From assembly GCA_034189385.1 (NCBI GenBank), contig JAXHVD010000019.1, positions 1 to 64,000 of the forward strand: a stretch of DNA of 64,000 nt. The letters run 5' to 3'. Below, piece by piece: positions 1-9,824 of the stretch. Within the stretch, counting starts at the first letter, position 1. The number at the start of each line of letters is the position of its first letter. Source of the DNA: Thermodesulfobacteriota bacterium. Lineage in GTDB: Bacteria > Desulfobacterota > Desulfobacteria > Desulfobacterales > C00003060. A program made the position numbers and the translations under genes. The notes under the pieces are model-generated. The model worked only from the letters and a program-made list of their open reading frames with translations. It had not been told where the DNA came from and made no database searches.

Positions 1-787
1 TATCGTTGACATGGAAGTCATCATCTTCGCCAATAGAAATATGACGCCGCTCGCGCATCAGGTCCTCGATATCCTTCTCGACCTTTTCAGTGGAAACGCC
101 ATCTTGTGCCGAAACGTAAATCTCACTCACGTCCGTGTTCCCTGCAATGCGCCGCTGAAGTGTGCGCAAAGGGATAAGCACGAAGTCATCCTGATCTGCG
201 CCAAAGCTGGACTGACCCTTTGATTCAAACACGCCGATAACCTGGCAGGAAAGCTTCTCGAGCCGGATGGTAGCACCCAAAGGGTCCTGGCCGCCAAAGA
301 GCACATCACGGACTGTGGTACCCAGTATACACACTGCCTTGCCAGCCCGTAGTTCGCCACCACTAAACTGCCGTCCGTTTTCAAGCTCCCAGCCCCGCAC
401 CTGCAGGTAGGCATTGGTGCTACCGGTGACCGCGGTGGACCAGTTCTCGTTTCCGTAAATGGCTTGTGTGGCTTGGGATGCAATCGGTGCCACTGCAGCC
501 AATCCAGAGATTTCCCGGACGATTGCTTCGGCGTCGTCCACGTCAAACATGTCTGCTGTTGAGCGCGTCCCGCCAGGGCCGCGACCACGCTGGCCTGGTC
601 TGACATGCAGCAGATTGCTGCCAAGGCTGGAGATCTCGTCGGCAACCTGCGCGGTGGCTCCGCGGCCCAGGGTGACCATGGTGATGACGGCAGAAACCCC
701 GATAACGATGCCCAGAATGGTCAACGATGAGCGCATGACGTTGCGACGGATTTCCCGTGAAGCCAGTAGTATTGTTTCCCATAACAT
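1..787 (-). CDS. MacB-family ABC transporter permease (3' end runs off the window; absent from the ORF track)
   Basis: Manual translation from ATG at 787 (TAATG overlap with the upstream ATPase stop): [60 protein letters not shown], the typical MacB permease N-terminus. Confidence 0.93.
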   Translation of the reverse strand, partial: MLWETILLASREIRRNVMRSSLTILGIVIGVSAVITMVTLGRGATAQVADEISSLGSNLLHVRPGQRGRGPGGTRSTADMFDVDDAEAIVREISGLAAVAPIASQATQAIYGNENWSTAVTGSTNAYLQVRGWELENGRQFSGGELRAGKAVCILGTTVRDVLFGGQDPLGATIRLEKLSCQVIGVFESKGQSSFGADQDDFVLIPLRTLQRRIAGNTDVSEIYVSAQDGVSTEKVEKDIEDLMRERRHISIGEDDDFHVND

Positions 788-1515
788 TATGTAGCCCCCC
801 CGTTCTGGTCCTGAGAATGGATGACACCATCGAGAAAGTGAATGATTCGTCTGGCATAGGCTGCCATGTCAGGCTCATGAGTAACCATCACAATGGTAAT
901 ACAGCTATCTTGGTTGAGCCTCGTTAGAAGCTCCATAATTTCACGGCTGCGGGCAGAATCCAGATTGCCGGTTGGCTCATCGGCCAGCAAGACCTTTGGA
1001 TCAGTGACGATGGCACGGGCAATGGCGACCCGTTGCTGCTGCCCACCGGAGAGTTCTCCGGGCGTGTGTGTCTCCCACCCCCCGAGCCCCACTACCTCCA
1101 AGGCCTTAAGGGCGCGGGTTCGCCGCTCACCGGCCTGTATGCTACGATAGATTAAGGGCAGCTCCACGTTTTCCAGTGCTGAAGTGCGGTTTAAAAGGTT
1201 GAAACCCTGGAAGACAAAGCCCAGATAATGACGGCGAAGCAACGCCCGTTGATCTCGGGATAGCCTACCAACGTCAACACCTTCGAACAAGTAGGCTCCA
1301 ATGGTCTGTGTATCCAAACAGCCCAAGATGTTCATACAGGTGGACTTGCCCGACCCACTTGGCCCCATCACGGCTACAAATTCACCCTGGTCGATGGACA
1401 AGTCAATTCTCCGCAACGCGTGCATGGCTGCGCCGCCCGCACCATATGCCTTGCTCACATCCTGCAGCTCGATCAGAGGGCGATTTTCAGTTTGGTTGAA
1501 GACGGTGGTATTCAT
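787..1515 (-). CDS. ABC transporter ATP-binding protein, MacB/LolD type
   Basis: Walker [10 protein letters not shown], signature [14 protein letters not shown], Walker [12 protein letters not shown]. Confidence 0.96.
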   Translation of the reverse strand: MNTTVFNQTENRPLIELQDVSKAYGAGGAAMHALRRIDLSIDQGEFVAVMGPSGSGKSTCMNILGCLDTQTIGAYLFEGVDVGRLSRDQRALLRRHYLGFVFQGFNLLNRTSALENVELPLIYRSIQAGERRTRALKALEVVGLGGWETHTPGELSGGQQQRVAIARAIVTDPKVLLADEPTGNLDSARSREIMELLTRLNQDSCITIVMVTHEPDMAAYARRIIHFLDGVIHSQDQNGGAT

Positions 1516-2807
1516 CAGCGCGTACTCACTGTATCGACCACGAGTGTTATCCCAGGCTCAAGGTCGCCGCCCGTTATCTCAGTCATCACACCATCGGTCG
1601 ACCCGGTCATGACGGCAATGGCGACGAGTTGTCCGTCCTGCAGCGTCCAGACACGCAGTTGCTTGCTGCCAGCGGTCCCGCCGTTGCGCTGTTTCGACTG
1701 GGATCTCGGCGGATGCGGAAGGAGGCTGCTGATGATGCTGCCACCGTTAGATGGGGCTGTCTTCTCTTGTACTGGAGGGGCAAAACGCAGTGCGGCATTG
1801 GGCACCAGGATGGCGTTTTCCACCTTCTGAACCGTGATGTCGGCGGTGGCCGTCATCCCCGGCCGCAGGGACAGATCCGAGTTGTCCACGTTCAAGACGG
1901 TTTCGTAAGTCACCACACCGTCCACGGTCTGGGAACCGTAACGGACCTGGGTGATCCGCGCCGGGAAGGTCCGATCCGGATAAGCGTCCACGGTGAAACT
2001 GGCCTCATGTCCCTTTTTCACCTGGCCCACATCGGCCTCGTCCACGTCCACATGGAGTTCCATCTGGGTCAGGTCCTCGGCCAGGGTGAACAGCACCGGG
2101 GCCTGCAAAGAGGCAGCCACAGTCTGTCCAGGTTCCACGCTGCGTGTAAGGACGATGCCGTTAATGGGTGAGTGGAGGACCGCTTTTGATAAATCCGTCT
2201 CATTGAAGTCGAGGGTGGCCTGGGCTTCAGAGACTTGCGCCTTGGCACTGGCTTCGTCAGCCAGCGCGCGATCAAGGGCCGCCTCGGCCGCGTCCAGGTC
2301 GTGCTGCGACGGGACCTTGTTGTCGCTCAGCTCTCGGACCTGTTCTAACCGCGCCAGTTCATTACGCGTTTCCTCGACAGTGGCCTGGGCCTCCAGAACC
2401 TTTGCCCGGGCCGATTCCAGGGCGGCCTTTGATTTGAGGACCTGTGCTGCGAGCTTATCGGTATCCAGCCTTGCCAGGACCTGGCCGACCTTCACCTGGT
2501 CGTTGTAGTCCACCTCGACCGCCTCGATGGCCCCGGAGACCTCAGAGCCCACATCGACCTGGTTGGTCGGCTCAAGGGTGCCGGTCGCAGTCACAGTCAC
2601 GATTAGGTTCCCCCGCTGAACTTCCTGGGTTTGGTAATGAATCGAATTGGACTTCTCTAACCTCTTCCACGCAACAGCCATTGTCAGTCCCACTACTGCG
2701 AGGAGGCCCAGGAGAAGCCACCTTTTCAGGTGTTTCCTGTTTCCTGTGGCCTGGTCGATGCCCAGGGTTTGGCTAATGTCGGATTCTGCGTTGGTGTTGG
2801 ATTTCAT
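1515..2807 (-). CDS. macA: Efflux periplasmic adaptor subunit (MacA-like)
   Basis: N-terminal TM, lipoyl halves (VDVGSEVSG...VKVGQVLARLD; SPINGIV), coiled coil, LRPGMTA motif. Confidence 0.93.
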   Translation of the reverse strand: MKSNTNAESDISQTLGIDQATGNRKHLKRWLLLGLLAVVGLTMAVAWKRLEKSNSIHYQTQEVQRGNLIVTVTATGTLEPTNQVDVGSEVSGAIEAVEVDYNDQVKVGQVLARLDTDKLAAQVLKSKAALESARAKVLEAQATVEETRNELARLEQVRELSDNKVPSQHDLDAAEAALDRALADEASAKAQVSEAQATLDFNETDLSKAVLHSPINGIVLTRSVEPGQTVAASLQAPVLFTLAEDLTQMELHVDVDEADVGQVKKGHEASFTVDAYPDRTFPARITQVRYGSQTVDGVVTYETVLNVDNSDLSLRPGMTATADITVQKVENAILVPNAALRFAPPVQEKTAPSNGGSIISSLLPHPPRSQSKQRNGGTAGSKQLRVWTLQDGQLVAIAVMTGSTDGVMTEITGGDLEPGITLVVDTVSTR

Positions 2808-2828
2808 GATTCCCTTCCAAATTTGACC

Positions 2829-4295
2829 CTATGTGGCGTTATCAGGCTCAAGGGATGTCCACCCACCCCCGATGGCCTTGTAAAGGGTTATCAGGTTGGA
2901 GGTGACTTCAGCGTCGCTACTTGCTAACTGATCCTGGAGTAATAACAATGAGCGCTGCGCATCCAGTACGACTTGAAAATCGATGAGCCCTGACGAATAC
3001 TGAGTTTGTGCCAGATCAACAGCACGGTTTGCAGCCTGTGACGCTTCTACCAGCGATCGCCGCCGAACCTGCTCGTCAGCGTAGGCGACAAGCGCGTTTT
3101 CGACTTCTTCCAGTGCCGTGAGGACTGCGGCCTCATATTGGAACAGCGCCTGTTCCTGCAGTGCGGTTTGGACCTTAATATTTTGCCGTATGCGGCCTCT
3201 ATCGAAGATCGTCCACCCGATATTCGAACCGATCGCGGATGTGCGGGCGGCAGACGAAAACAAATTCCCCAGTGAAAGGGCCTCTAATCCAATCGACCCA
3301 ATCAGGGAGAACTTGGGATACAGGTCGGCAATGGCAACGCCAACTTGCGCCGTCTGAGCGGCCAGTTGGCGCTCGGCCTTGCGCACATCGGGCCTGCGTC
3401 GCAAGACGTCGGCGGGGACCCCAACGGCTACCTCTAGGGCACCAACCGGGATGGCTTTGGGTTCGGTCAGTGCATCCTTCAAGAAGCCAGGCTGCTCACC
3501 CAGCAGTACTGCGAGCCGGTTTCCGGCCTGCTCAAGCCCCGTCTCCAGCGTTGGTATCTGAGACCGTGTCTGCTCCAGATTGTACTTGGCTTGTTCTACG
3601 TCAAGCTGCGTCGTCAGGCCGGCCTGAAACCGCCACTGGGTGAGGTTGTGGGTTTCCTCCTGCGCATCGAGATTCGCCTCCGCAATGGACAAGCGGGTCT
3701 GAAACGAACGTACCTCAATATAGTTCAGGGCAACTTCAGCAAGCAGGGTGACAAGGACGTCCCGCAAATCCTCTTCGCTCGCCCGCAGCTCCGCTTCTGC
3801 CGCCTCAACGGAGCGGCGAATGCCGCCGAATAGATCCAGCTCCCAACTGGCATCAAACCCCGCTGCGTAGAGCTCACGCGTCTCACCGCCACCGGTTTCT
3901 TCGCTGCTCCGGTTTTGGCTTACAGAACCGGTGGCTTCAATGGTGGGGAAGCGATCAGCTTGGCTGACCCCACGGCGGGCCCGAGCCTCACGAAGACGCG
4001 CCCGCGCCTCCTTGAGGTGGAGGTTGCCTGCAACGGCTCGTTCCATCAGGCTCGACAAAGTTGGATCGTTGAGAGTCGTCCACCAATGTGCCAGCGTTTG
4101 CGGATCTATCTGCTCAGCGTTCAGGCCACCCTCCAACTCAGCGGTCCACTTTGCAGATGCCGAAACCTCAGGAGGGACGTAATCCGGCCCCACGGTCACA
4201 CAGCCTGCGAGCAGCAGCAACAGGAGCGTGAGACAAGATGCACGTGATGTGGTGACACTAATAACTGAAGAAATCATTGGTTTTCCTCTAATCAC
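2829..4295 (-). CDS. Outer-membrane efflux lipoprotein, NodT/OprM (TolC) family
   Basis: Lipobox LAGC-VTVGPDY, ASWELDLFGG and RRPDVRKAE motifs; true start may be ATG 4277. Confidence 0.94.
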   Translation of the reverse strand: MIRGKPMISSVISVTTSRASCLTLLLLLLAGCVTVGPDYVPPEVSASAKWTAELEGGLNAEQIDPQTLAHWWTTLNDPTLSSLMERAVAGNLHLKEARARLREARARRGVSQADRFPTIEATGSVSQNRSSEETGGGETRELYAAGFDASWELDLFGGIRRSVEAAEAELRASEEDLRDVLVTLLAEVALNYIEVRSFQTRLSIAEANLDAQEETHNLTQWRFQAGLTTQLDVEQAKYNLEQTRSQIPTLETGLEQAGNRLAVLLGEQPGFLKDALTEPKAIPVGALEVAVGVPADVLRRRPDVRKAERQLAAQTAQVGVAIADLYPKFSLIGSIGLEALSLGNLFSSAARTSAIGSNIGWTIFDRGRIRQNIKVQTALQEQALFQYEAAVLTALEEVENALVAYADEQVRRRSLVEASQAANRAVDLAQTQYSSGLIDFQVVLDAQRSLLLLQDQLASSDAEVTSNLITLYKAIGGGWTSLEPDNAT

Positions 4296-4584
4296 TGGCG
4301 TTGTTCCTCGCCCTGCCGCCAGAACCTCTCCTGGGTGGGTTATCCGGTCGCAGGACGAGCCGGTTTCCTTCCTGTTCGCATGTTCCTGTCACCGTATCCC
4401 CGCGCGGGTCTACAAACTCTGCCGTATCCCCAACAGATTTTCCTTCGCAAGCAGTATACGCCTCCGGTGGCGGACCGTGATGCCTTCGGCCGGTTTCCTG
4501 CAAGGATGTATCATCTCCAAACGCGTTGGCGGTGATGAGGATTCCAAGTAGAGCAATAAATATGAATGTCTTTTTTGTTTTCAT
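4288..4584 (-). CDS. Small secreted protein with two Cys (GPPPEAYTACEGK...GTC)
   Basis: AAGGAGG RBS, signal peptide ending ANA, overlaps the next gene of the efflux operon. Confidence 0.8.
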   Translation of the reverse strand: MKTKKTFIFIALLGILITANAFGDDTSLQETGRRHHGPPPEAYTACEGKSVGDTAEFVDPRGDTVTGTCEQEGNRLVLRPDNPPRRGSGGRARNNASD

Positions 4585-4639
4585 TGAAAAACCTCCTTAA
4601 GTTGATTTTTTAATCTAGCCCACCTCGTGGTGTCTATTC

Positions 4640-4670
4640 GGTGCCCCTCCAGCAAACCAGAAGGGGCACC
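4640..4670. terminator. Intergenic hairpin (partial terminator or mRNA stabiliser) after the Spy-like gene
   Basis: GGTGCCCCT-N13-AGGGGCACC, perfect 9-bp stem. Confidence 0.55.
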
Positions 4671-4700
4671 ATGCCCGATAGTCGGTCAGCGGCATGCCTT

Positions 4701-5258
4701 TCAATTTTTGTAACAATTCTTATTGCCGAGCTTTGCCACCGAATGGCGCCCGGAGATAAGTTTTTGGCCCTGCCTTGGACCATTTTTTTCCTGACACATT
4801 TTCTGCACGCTTAGCTTTTTGATTTGCTCTGCATTCAGAATTTTTCTAAGGGCCAGGCGCCCTTCGATTTTCTGGATAAACAGTTTCCCCTTTACGTCTG
4901 AGATCTTTTGCCCCAACTTGAGGACAGTCGTCTCATCAACAACATCATCGGAAAAGGCCTTGTCCATTTGCAGGCGAAAGCTGTCGAGCTGCGCTTTCAA
5001 CGCCAAACGCTTTTCACTGAAGGCGAAATCCGCATCCCGGATTTGTTTGACTTGGCTTTGGGCAAGTTCCAGTTTCTGAACCATTTGCGGGTCCCGCCAG
5101 ATTCCAAGAGCAGACCGGTGATGGTCTTTCCTGTCAAACCCCTTGCCTTGCCTTCCGTCTCCGGGTTCGGATGCTCCTGCAATTGAAGGAATGAAGCATA
5201 CCGTGATCAGAAGAACCATTACGGTTGTGCCAAGTTTTTTGAAATGTTTCGATTTCAT
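4701..5258 (-). CDS. Spy/CpxP-like periplasmic protein
   Basis: AAGGAGG RBS, signal peptide, helical body with degenerate LTXXQ motifs (LELAQSQ, ILNAEQ); divergent from a CpxRA-like pair. Confidence 0.75.
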   Translation of the reverse strand: MKSKHFKKLGTTVMVLLITVCFIPSIAGASEPGDGRQGKGFDRKDHHRSALGIWRDPQMVQKLELAQSQVKQIRDADFAFSEKRLALKAQLDSFRLQMDKAFSDDVVDETTVLKLGQKISDVKGKLFIQKIEGRLALRKILNAEQIKKLSVQKMCQEKNGPRQGQKLISGRHSVAKLGNKNCYKN

Positions 5259-5333
5259 GGTGTACCTCCTTTTATGGATTTTTTATTTTCCGGGGATTTT
5301 TCCCTCGGCTTTGAGTGTAAGATAAACCACGAA

Positions 5334-5383
5334 TGTAAAGGAATTTTGTTGTTCGGAGACAAAATTGTAAAGATTTTGTAAAG
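5334..5383. promoter_or_regulatory. Putative OmpR/CpxR-type operator (TGTAAAG direct repeats)
   Basis: TGTAAAG at 5334, 5366 and 5377, the last two 11 bp apart; resembles the CpxR GTAAA-N5-GTAAA box. Confidence 0.55.
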
Positions 5384-5442
5384 TGAATTGCTCTCGTGTT
5401 ACGGAAAGTATAAAAGTAAGGCAATGAATGTGATTTGAAGGG

Positions 5443-6195
5443 ATGGATGTACCCATGACGCATCGAGCGGTTGAGCCGTCTAATATGAAGATCCTGATTG
5501 TCGATGATGACAAGAAACTCTGTCAGCTCGTGGCGGACTACCTGGAGCCCATGGGATACGAGGTAGGGGCTGCCCACAACGGTGCTCAGGGACTGCAAAT
5601 GATCCTTGAGGGCGACTACCACGCGGTGATCCTGGACGTCATGATGCCACAAATGGACGGGTTTGAAGTCTTGAAACGGTTGCGCGAAGAATCCGACATT
5701 CCGGTTTTGATGCTCACTGCACGAGGTGAAGAGACCGACAGAATCGTGGGACTCGAGATGGGGGCTGATGATTATCTTCCTAAGACCTTCTCCTCACGGG
5801 AGCTTCTAGCACGCCTTCGCGCCGTTACCCGCCGATATTCTATATCCGAAAGCCGGGCGGCATCAGCAGCCACGGATAAGATTTTGAAATTTGGAAATCT
5901 GGAAATCGAGCAAAGCTCCCGAACGGTTCGTCTGGATAAAGAAACGCTGAACCTGACACCCCTTGAATACGATCTGCTGGCCAGCCTGGCCGGAGCCGCC
6001 GGCCGGGTTCTGACCCGGGATCAACTTTTGGATGCCGTTGCCGGACGGAATTATGAGGTTTTCGACCGCTCCGTGGATGTCCATATTTCCTCGTTGCGGC
6101 GCAAGCTCGGAGAAGATCCACGCAATCCCAGATTCATTCAAACGGTTAGAACAGCAGGATATATGTTCAAGGGACCGGAGGATCAGAAATCATGA
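5443..6195 (+). CDS. OmpR/CpxR-family response regulator
   Basis: Receiver (IVDDD, LDVMMP, GADDYLPK) plus winged helix (RSVDVHISSLRRKL...IQTVRTAGY). Confidence 0.96.
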   Translation: MDVPMTHRAVEPSNMKILIVDDDKKLCQLVADYLEPMGYEVGAAHNGAQGLQMILEGDYHAVILDVMMPQMDGFEVLKRLREESDIPVLMLTARGEETDRIVGLEMGADDYLPKTFSSRELLARLRAVTRRYSISESRAASAATDKILKFGNLEIEQSSRTVRLDKETLNLTPLEYDLLASLAGAAGRVLTRDQLLDAVAGRNYEVFDRSVDVHISSLRRKLGEDPRNPRFIQTVRTAGYMFKGPEDQKS

Positions 6196-7730
6196 AACCG
6201 GCTTCGTCTTTATTCACCAAGATCCTATTCTGGTTCTTTCTGAATATGATCTTGGTCGCGGCTACCCTGGCGGTTTTCTTTGCCTTTCAGCCGCATGTAG
6301 ATCTGCATGCGATTTTCGGCCAACAAGGAACACATCGTTTGCAAACCGCCGGCATGTTGATTTCCCATGACCTGAGTCAGACGCCACGGGCGAACTGGCC
6401 CGAGGTGCTCGCCAGGCATGCAGCGATCCACCAGGTGGATTTCGCACTCGTGCTTGCAGACGGACCTCGCTTTTCTTCAAAGGATATGGATTTTCCTGAG
6501 GAGATAATAACAAGGGTGAGGGGCGCTTTGCGACGCAAACCTCCCCGAGGCCCGGTGACGCCACCCCATGTGTTCGACGATCCTCAAAGACAACCGGGAA
6601 ACCACGCCATTGATGATACCAGTGACTTCCTGAAAAAGGGGGCCATCGGAAGAAAACCATCCAGGGACGCCGGTGTGCATGATAGAAAACCGCATTTTAT
6701 GATGCGAACACGGCATCCAACCCGCTACTGGTCCGGGATTCGGGTACACTTGGCGCCTGAATCGTTATACCCCTCTCCACCAGCCGTTCTATTGGCTGTA
6801 TCGGATTCCATGACAGGAAACGGATTTTTTTTCGACCCGCTTCCCTGGATGGTCGTGGCTGCGGTGGTAATACTGATTTCGGTACTTCTCTGGATTCCGA
6901 TGGTCAGAAACATTACACGACCGCTTGGTCGCATGACCCGTGCAACAGAGGAGATTGCCAAGGGACGCTTTGATGTGACCATCCATGAACCCAGGTCTGA
7001 TGAGATCGGACGTCTGGCGAGAGCAATAGACCACATGACCTCACGGTTATCCGCTTTTGTGAAAGGCCAAAAGCGGTTCATGGGAGATGTAGCCCATGAA
7101 CTTGGCTCTCCCATAGCCCGAATTCAGTTCGGCCTTGGCGCCTTGGAACAGCGAGTTGAGGGGAAAAGCCGCAAGCGGGTCATCGAGGTGATGGAAGATG
7201 TTGACAACATGTCCAAACTGGTCAATGAACTGCTCGCCTTCTCGCGGGCGGATATGAAGTCAAATACGGTCAAACTGGAAGAAATTGACCTACTTTCTGT
7301 GGTTCAAACGGTGGTGAAGCGGGAGGTCACACCGGCAGCAAAGATAATCACCAGAATAGATCCGGGGGTCCGTGTTATGGCATCTCCGGAGCTTCTGAGC
7401 CGCGCACTTGCCAATTTGGTGAGAAATGCCGTCAAATATGCTGGAGCCGACGGTCCTATATATTTAAATGCTGAAAAAAGAAACGATGTGGTCGAAATAG
7501 AGGTTCGAGATGCCGGTTCCGGTGTTCCCGAAAATCTCCTCGATCAGCTTTTCGAGCCGTTCTTCCGCCCTGAAGCTTCAAGGGATAGAGATTCCGGGGG
7601 TGTGGGCCTTGGACTGGCTATCGTGAAAACTTGCATCGAGACCTGCAAGGGTACCGTATCTGCCCGAAACCTTGAACCTACCGGTTTTGCAGTAACAATC
7701 ACTCTAAACACCAAAAAGTTTCATACTTAG
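6192..7730 (+). CDS. CpxA-like membrane sensor histidine kinase
   Basis: Two TMs, HAMP, H-box VAHELGSP, HATPase GGVGLGLAI; ATGA overlap with the regulator. Confidence 0.95.
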   Translation: MKPASSLFTKILFWFFLNMILVAATLAVFFAFQPHVDLHAIFGQQGTHRLQTAGMLISHDLSQTPRANWPEVLARHAAIHQVDFALVLADGPRFSSKDMDFPEEIITRVRGALRRKPPRGPVTPPHVFDDPQRQPGNHAIDDTSDFLKKGAIGRKPSRDAGVHDRKPHFMMRTRHPTRYWSGIRVHLAPESLYPSPPAVLLAVSDSMTGNGFFFDPLPWMVVAAVVILISVLLWIPMVRNITRPLGRMTRATEEIAKGRFDVTIHEPRSDEIGRLARAIDHMTSRLSAFVKGQKRFMGDVAHELGSPIARIQFGLGALEQRVEGKSRKRVIEVMEDVDNMSKLVNELLAFSRADMKSNTVKLEEIDLLSVVQTVVKREVTPAAKIITRIDPGVRVMASPELLSRALANLVRNAVKYAGADGPIYLNAEKRNDVVEIEVRDAGSGVPENLLDQLFEPFFRPEASRDRDSGGVGLGLAIVKTCIETCKGTVSARNLEPTGFAVTITLNTKKFHT

Positions 7731-8560
7731 TTTTTAGCGGAATATAAATTCTCTATAAATCGCTATCGGCAGCCGCATGGCTCATTGTCCTTTTCCTTTT
7801 ACCAACCCAATGGAATCCTGGCGTTTTTCTACATCAATCGCCTCAACTAATCGTATAGTATCATCAACATTCATTATGATTTAACGATGCTGATATATTG
7901 AAATTCTCTCAACAATTTCTGAATTTTCAAACCTTGTGATTATTGCCAATTACCTAGCCGGGTAGGGTTTCAACGTCCATGTTAGACTACCTGCCCTTAT
8001 CAGAAGCTGTCCATGCAATCAACCCAGTGGTGATCGCTTGCTAATACCCCTGCCAGGGCAAAAACCCAGTGAGGTTTGACGCAAACCCAGACAGGTTTGA
8101 TGCACAAGACTCGAGATCGCCATCGAATTCAAGCCTGTAGACTTTACAGGTGGATCACCACCTGTGGACCATTTCTGCCCGGTTTTCGTACCAAAACCGC
8201 TGCATTAATGTTGCATTATTACTATTCGCGACAAACCTCCCACTCCTGGCATCTTGTCTGAATCTCACGTATTTTCAACTCATTACCGTTTATTACCTGA
8301 TATTTCAGCATATTTCTTTTGCGTCATACCCCCCCGTATCTAGTACTGATTATTAGCTGCGGTGAGGTTTGTCCAAAACCCGAGGGGGGCATGGCGAAGG
8401 CGGACAGATGCTTTGGGAAAAATGGCCAGACCAAAGGAGCAACGAAAAGAAGCCTAAAACCAATTTCACCTTTAGCAAACCTCCTATCGAGCCGATAATG
8501 CAAGAAACCCTTAATCTTACTTACAGGACAGGTCTGTCAAAATATACCAGAGGTGATTCT

Positions 8561-9823
8561 ATGAAAAACTTGCGAACTTTCTATTTTTCTACAAGAAATC
8601 ACGGCCCATATGGATGGCCCTGGAGGACCATACTGTGCATTTCCCTGGCCGGTCTACTCTGGCTAGGCCTAGAGGACGCCTGTGCAAAAGGAGAAAACCG
8701 AGATGAAGGGGCCCTCGTTTTAGGCATGTCCACCGCGTTGACCGGCCCGACAGCCGTTCTAGGCATTAACATGCGGACAGGAGTCTTGGCGGCCATTCAC
8801 GAAAAGAACCAATCAGGCAACACACGTGGACACAAGGCAAGTCTGACATCTTTGGACGACGGTTATGAGCCTACGCGCACAGCGCCTAACATGCGCAGAC
8901 TCATTGATAAGGAACGCGTACTGGCCGTCATCGGAAATGTCGGAACGCCTACAGCGGTGGCAGCGATACCGATCGCAAATGGTAGCAAGACACCGTTTTA
9001 CGGAGCGTTTACTGGAGCAGGGGTGTTGAGGAAAACTCCGCCCGATCGGTATGTCATCAATTATCGCGCAAGCTACGCGGAAGAGACGACGTCTATGGTC
9101 AATGCACTTATTAACCATGGGGGATTAGAGCCCCATGAAATTGGTTTTTTCACACAACGAGATGCTTACGGAGATGCTGGATTTGTAGGTGGGATTACAG
9201 CCCTTAAACGCCATGGCCTAAAAAATGAAGATGCCATTATTCATACACGCTACGAGCGCAATACAATGGCCGTGGAGAATGCCGTTGCGGACATGATTCT
9301 GGTCAAGCCCCCGCCCCGTGCAGTCATCATGGTCGGTGCCTATGCCCCATGTGCGGCATTCATCAAGCGCGCGAAAGAGTTTGGTTTGGAAGCCATATTT
9401 CTAAATGTCTCTTTTGTGGGCGCCGAGCCATTGGCTCAGAAACTAGGTAAGGCTGGTGATGGCGTGATCGTTACACAAGTCGTACCCCATTTTAATTCAA
9501 AAGTGCCGATTGTCGATCAATATAGAAAAGCCCTTCGTTCATACGATCCATCAACAAAACCAACTTTTGGCTCGCTAGAGGGATATATTGCCACAAAGAT
9601 CTTTTTTCGGGCTGTAGACACCATTGAAGCCCCTATCACCCGAGAGTCAATCGTCGACGCGTTAGAAGGATTGGGTGAATTTGATATTGGACTGAAGGAA
9701 CAGCTCAGGTTGGGACCAGATGAACATCAGGCGTGCCATAAGGTATGGCCCACTGTTTTGCGAGGTAACGAAATAGTGTCATTTGATTGGGAAGAACTCA
9801 GCGCTCGATTACTGAGGAGATGA
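8561..9823 (+). CDS. Periplasmic ligand-binding protein, LivK/type I PBP family
   Basis: LGMSTALTGP, LDDGYEP, GNVGTPT, NYRASY motifs; start moved to ATG 8561 (AGAGGTG RBS). Confidence 0.9.
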   Translation: MKNLRTFYFSTRNHGPYGWPWRTILCISLAGLLWLGLEDACAKGENRDEGALVLGMSTALTGPTAVLGINMRTGVLAAIHEKNQSGNTRGHKASLTSLDDGYEPTRTAPNMRRLIDKERVLAVIGNVGTPTAVAAIPIANGSKTPFYGAFTGAGVLRKTPPDRYVINYRASYAEETTSMVNALINHGGLEPHEIGFFTQRDAYGDAGFVGGITALKRHGLKNEDAIIHTRYERNTMAVENAVADMILVKPPPRAVIMVGAYAPCAAFIKRAKEFGLEAIFLNVSFVGAEPLAQKLGKAGDGVIVTQVVPHFNSKVPIVDQYRKALRSYDPSTKPTFGSLEGYIATKIFFRAVDTIEAPITRESIVDALEGLGEFDIGLKEQLRLGPDEHQACHKVWPTVLRGNEIVSFDWEELSARLLRR

Positions 9824-9824
9824 T

